Below the pieces are notes generated by a model, which was given only the letters and a program-made list of their open reading frames with translations, did no database searches and was not told the origin of the DNA. Below are positions 60,530 to 64,000 of a stretch of DNA of 64,000 nt, one piece after another (within the stretch, counting starts at the first letter, position 1; each line of letters opens with the position of its first letter). This stretch comes from Desulfatiglandales bacterium (GTDB lineage Bacteria > Desulfobacterota > DSM-4660 > Desulfatiglandales > HGW-15). The position numbers were made by a program, and so were the translations under genes. The stretch lies in contig CAXXJJ010000004.1 in NCBI GenBank assembly GCA_963667015.2, positions 1,600,001 to 1,664,000 of the forward strand, given 5' to 3'.

Positions 60530-60946
60530 AAGAATATCCTAATGTAAGTTGTTTTTAAGCCTTTCACTTGCCCCCTTGGCCCCTTGAATCCTGATCATCC
60601 TTCAAATAATTTGAAGATGATCCAAATATTTTTTGAACAAATTCCCACCATGGTTGTCTAACAATAAAATTGATAACATGCGAGAGATATAGTAATGCTA
60701 TTTACACAATTGGGATATGGACCTTTTCCAGTTACTAATCATCCATGTGATATTTTTTCTTAGCTCAGTCAACCATTTCATATAAAATAGCGTCTTTATA
60801 TAATTGTATCAGAGTTAATTCGGGAATAAATCCCGCCCCTACACTTGATTCATGTATGTATAATTATCTTTGGAAATAATTACGACAAGGTCTGTTTACT
60901 GGATCATCAGATTAAAACATTTCACCTCTAACGGCATATACTAATT

Positions 60947-61876
60947 ATGGAAAAGAAAGCATCTTTACTGGCAGTTAGTAATTTACACAAACATTATGGA
61001 AAAAACAGCGTATTAAACGGCCTGAATTTAAAGGTCGGCAGGCAGGAAATTCACGGCCTGGTCGGCCTGAACGGTGCCGGTAAAACCACAACCATAGAAT
61101 GTATTTTAGGATTAATATCCTTCGATTCCGGATCAATAAGGATTCTGGATGTCCGGCCTTCAAAACTTCATACAACCCATGGCAGGCTTGCTGTTGTTTT
61201 TGATTCCCCATGTATTCATCCCAACCTGACTGTACACCAGGTACTTGAATATGCCAGGCTGACCTGCGGTAAAACAGATACTGCATCCCCTGAAGAGGTG
61301 GAAGAAAAACTGGGCCTATCCGGATATCGGAATTACAAGGTTAAAAACCTTTCGCTGGGAAACCGCCGCCGCACCTCCATCGCCCAGGCGCTTATAGGCA
61401 AACCGGAGTTCATCGTGCTTGACGAACCCTTCAGCAGCCTGGATGCCGGAGGAGTTGACGACCTTCTTTTATTAATAAAAGAACTTAACCGGAATAAGGG
61501 CATAACCTTTTTGCTGGCCAGCCACCAGCTCCCCTACCTGGAGCAGATATGTTCCAATGTTTCAATATTACACAGGGGCGCCATAGCCCTCTCAATCAGG
61601 ATTGAAGAGCTGTTCGACCTTGAACATACACGGGCGGTTCTGCACACCAATGGAAGCGAGCATAACACGTTGAAGATATTATCAGAAATACCGGGTATTA
61701 CCATTTGCGACAATCATTGCAATGACGGCATCCTGGTTGAGTTGGATGGGATAACTACAGCCCAACTGAACAGGGAATTACTAAGGAATGATATAGAGGT
61801 TTATGAGCTGATCAGACAACGCCCCTCACTTGATACACTCTTTCGGAAGGTCACAGGGGGTACTGCCAATGCTTAA
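60947..61876 (+). CDS. ABC transporter ATP-binding protein
   Basis: GLNGAGKTT, LSLGN, VLDEPFSSLD, ASH. Confidence 0.93.
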   Translation: MEKKASLLAVSNLHKHYGKNSVLNGLNLKVGRQEIHGLVGLNGAGKTTTIECILGLISFDSGSIRILDVRPSKLHTTHGRLAVVFDSPCIHPNLTVHQVLEYARLTCGKTDTASPEEVEEKLGLSGYRNYKVKNLSLGNRRRTSIAQALIGKPEFIVLDEPFSSLDAGGVDDLLLLIKELNRNKGITFLLASHQLPYLEQICSNVSILHRGAIALSIRIEELFDLEHTRAVLHTNGSEHNTLKILSEIPGITICDNHCNDGILVELDGITTAQLNRELLRNDIEVYELIRQRPSLDTLFRKVTGGTANA

Positions 61877-62732
61877 ATCAATCCGCCTCCATGGTTTATC
61901 AACCGCTTTAAAGTCCGAATGCTTTGTCCTTTTAAGAAGCCGGACTCCATGGCTGCTTTTACTGCTGCCTGCTGCCGCATCAATCATAAAGATGGGCATG
62001 ATTAAGATGAAAAATATAGGGACACAGGTAATAGGCTCGGTAAACAGCAGCGCTGAAACAACAGTTACCGGTTACGGCTTCCTGGTGGACGGGCTGTTGA
62101 TCAGCTTCATTGTTACAACCCTGTTATTCCTCGGTTATGCAGCATATACCTTTGCCATTGATCGTGAACGCGGCATTACAAGGCACGGTGTTGTAATGAG
62201 TATCAGCCGCAGTGAGCTGATCCTGGCCAAATACATATCGTTATGTCTTCTGGCCCTTTTTTCGATTATTATTACCCTGTCCGGTACATGGCTTGCGGCA
62301 AACCTTCTATGGGATCTGGGGCCGTTGATTGAAGACGGTTACCAGATAATAGGTGTAGGTGAGATAAACGCAGAGATTATTCTCGGTTTAAAACTGGCCC
62401 TTTTACCATTACCCGCCACTCTGGCATTTGGCCTGCTCTTTTCTGTGTGTTCCAGATCGGCAATGCAGGCAGTAAGCCTTGCCATAGGGGCAGGGCTGCT
62501 CCTGGATATTTTCAAATCCGCCCTGGGGGATTTTCAATATTTTATATTCAGCAGTTTTCAGCCCTCGCTGATCGACCACTCATACCTTAATGATGTACAG
62601 CGCATTGTGTGCGGTTATTCGGATGTGCTTATAGACGATCGAATACACCGGTTAAATCTCTGGGTCCCAATACCCGAGGCACTGCTGTTTTTACTTATAA
62701 CGCTTATCGTTATCCACAGGAGAAATTTATGA
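61869..62732 (+). CDS. ABC-2-type permease
   Basis: KSE..L, FA.DRERG.TR, SRSELILAKY; six TMs. Confidence 0.8.
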   Translation: MLKSIRLHGLSTALKSECFVLLRSRTPWLLLLLPAAASIIKMGMIKMKNIGTQVIGSVNSSAETTVTGYGFLVDGLLISFIVTTLLFLGYAAYTFAIDRERGITRHGVVMSISRSELILAKYISLCLLALFSIIITLSGTWLAANLLWDLGPLIEDGYQIIGVGEINAEIILGLKLALLPLPATLAFGLLFSVCSRSAMQAVSLAIGAGLLLDIFKSALGDFQYFIFSSFQPSLIDHSYLNDVQRIVCGYSDVLIDDRIHRLNLWVPIPEALLFLLITLIVIHRRNL

Positions 62733-63721
62733 AAAAACAATTCAGAGATATCACTGTTTATTTATTAATCCTGGCAGGTTTTTTAATTATCAATGGCTGC
62801 GCCACCTATGCTCCAAAAAGTATAGCACCGCATATCAATTTATCACCTGAAAACATGCAGCTTGCAGCAGATTCGGATAAAGGCCTGGACTTCGGAATGG
62901 AGGTGGAAAGCAATGAAAGTGACACCCTTGATAATCTCGAGGTGCTGCCCGGCATAAGAATACGCTCCATCCGGCCGGCAGGTGCAGCGGAAAATGCAGG
63001 ACTTAAGAGGGGTGATGTTATCCTGAGTATCAATGATATCAAAACCAATCACCCTGATACCCTGGCCACGATTTCGGAGACATCTAAAGCAGACCGGTTT
63101 GTTTTTATGGTTCGCAGGGACACCACGGTATTTGAGGCAGCCATGGCAGCACCAAAGGCAGTAAAGGCTGCTGGGCCGGAGGAGAGATTCCGGGCCGATC
63201 CATTAAAGACCCGTGCAGGCTACCGCACAGAGTTAATCAGGTTGGGAGGTCAGTCCACAAAAGAAAGCCCCGTGGCGAGAATTGTCCAGATGTGGCCTGA
63301 CAGCCCGTTTGTGAAGGCAGGCATCGAGGCAGGAGATGCAGTTGTATCAGTGGATAACAATCCTATTGAATCGGCCCAGGATTTAATTAACAGGCTGACA
63401 GATAATTACGAATTTGGTCAGGAGGCTGTGTTTTCCATATTAAAAAAAGATCCCGGCACATCTGAAGTGAAACAAATAAAGGTTGATCTGTGGGACCCGG
63501 GCAGAAAAATCACCAAATTTAATATATGGCCTTTGTTTATGTATGAAGCAAAAATAAACCCAGACAAGGCAAAGTTTTCAATCCTTAATTTCTGGGTCTT
63601 CTCTCTTTTCAGATATGAACGCGATGAAGGTGAAAGAAGCTACACTCTTCTCAAATTTATCCGCTTTCAATCTGACAATCGCGGTGAACTGGTTGATAAA
63701 ACCGATACTTCCGGTAAATAG
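62729..63721 (+). CDS. Lipoprotein with two PDZ domains
   Basis: Lipobox INGC; PAGAAENAGLKRGDVILSIN and PDSP..KAGIEAGDAVVSVD. Confidence 0.85.
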   Translation: MKKQFRDITVYLLILAGFLIINGCATYAPKSIAPHINLSPENMQLAADSDKGLDFGMEVESNESDTLDNLEVLPGIRIRSIRPAGAAENAGLKRGDVILSINDIKTNHPDTLATISETSKADRFVFMVRRDTTVFEAAMAAPKAVKAAGPEERFRADPLKTRAGYRTELIRLGGQSTKESPVARIVQMWPDSPFVKAGIEAGDAVVSVDNNPIESAQDLINRLTDNYEFGQEAVFSILKKDPGTSEVKQIKVDLWDPGRKITKFNIWPLFMYEAKINPDKAKFSILNFWVFSLFRYERDEGERSYTLLKFIRFQSDNRGELVDKTDTSGK

Positions 63722-63904
63722 CAGAAAAGGAAATAGAAAATGAATATCTTTCGCTATATTTCATATAACAGGCGGACACCCCTGTTAAACAGGTTTCACG
63801 TTTCACGGGATAAACAAGGCCAACGGGATGACGCCCCGAATAATACATCGGGATCTTCGACAAGGCCCAATGTTATAGACTTAAGCAAAAAGGATATTAA
63901 AAAT

Positions 63905-64000
63905 TTCCCTCCCCTGGCGGGAGGGATTAAGGGAGGGGGGAAAAAATACAAAAAACTGTGGAGCAACTATTTTGCCACCCTCTCCCAACCTCTCCCATCA
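63905..64000. repeat. CCCTCCC/GGGAGGG-type palindromic repeat cluster, cut by the window end
   Basis: ttccctccccctggcgggagggattaagggagggg ... caccctctcccaacctctcccatca. Confidence 0.6.

Noticed and set aside
1..64000. CRISPR array, rRNA or tRNA genes
   Set aside because: No regularly spaced identical repeats with unique spacers and no recognisable rRNA/tRNA signatures; the palindromes are dispersed REP-like units

Overview
This 64-kb window looks like a Desulfobacterota/deltaproteobacterial anaerobe; that assignment is inferred from gene content and repeat families. I saw no rRNA, tRNA or CRISPR array. Left part: the 3' end of a glutaconyl-CoA decarboxylase alpha-type carboxyltransferase, an ICL/PEP-mutase family gene, CAP and transglutaminase surface proteins, and two tandem Tat-exported xanthine dehydrogenase/aldehyde oxidoreductase-family operons separated by a U32-family gene. 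One Mo subunit is split at an A_AAA_AAG site. A URO-D-family gene and a BlaI/BlaR1-TPR regulon with two paralogous secreted proteins follow. Middle: MltD-like transglycosylase, an ECF sigma / dockerin-bearing anti-sigma / cohesin-like / VIT-vWA operon, a radical SAM-SPASM gene carrying two in-frame REP palindromes, a NifU-N/DUF134/DUF5320 cluster with palindromic operators, a GntR(YtrA)-ABC operon, a GNAT/DUF1778 toxin-antitoxin pair and a MerR-TipA regulator. About 43-57 kb is an AT-richer accessory zone. It holds an intact IS1380 element, an IS3-like element without evident terminal inverted repeats that splits a lipoprotein-FlgC-like gene, a phosphoesterase-STAND ATPase, a trypsin-like protease, orphan transposon ends and gene relics. 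The window ends with a second GntR-ABC operon and an ABC-PDZ operon. All calls come from reading motifs by eye; no database searches were run.
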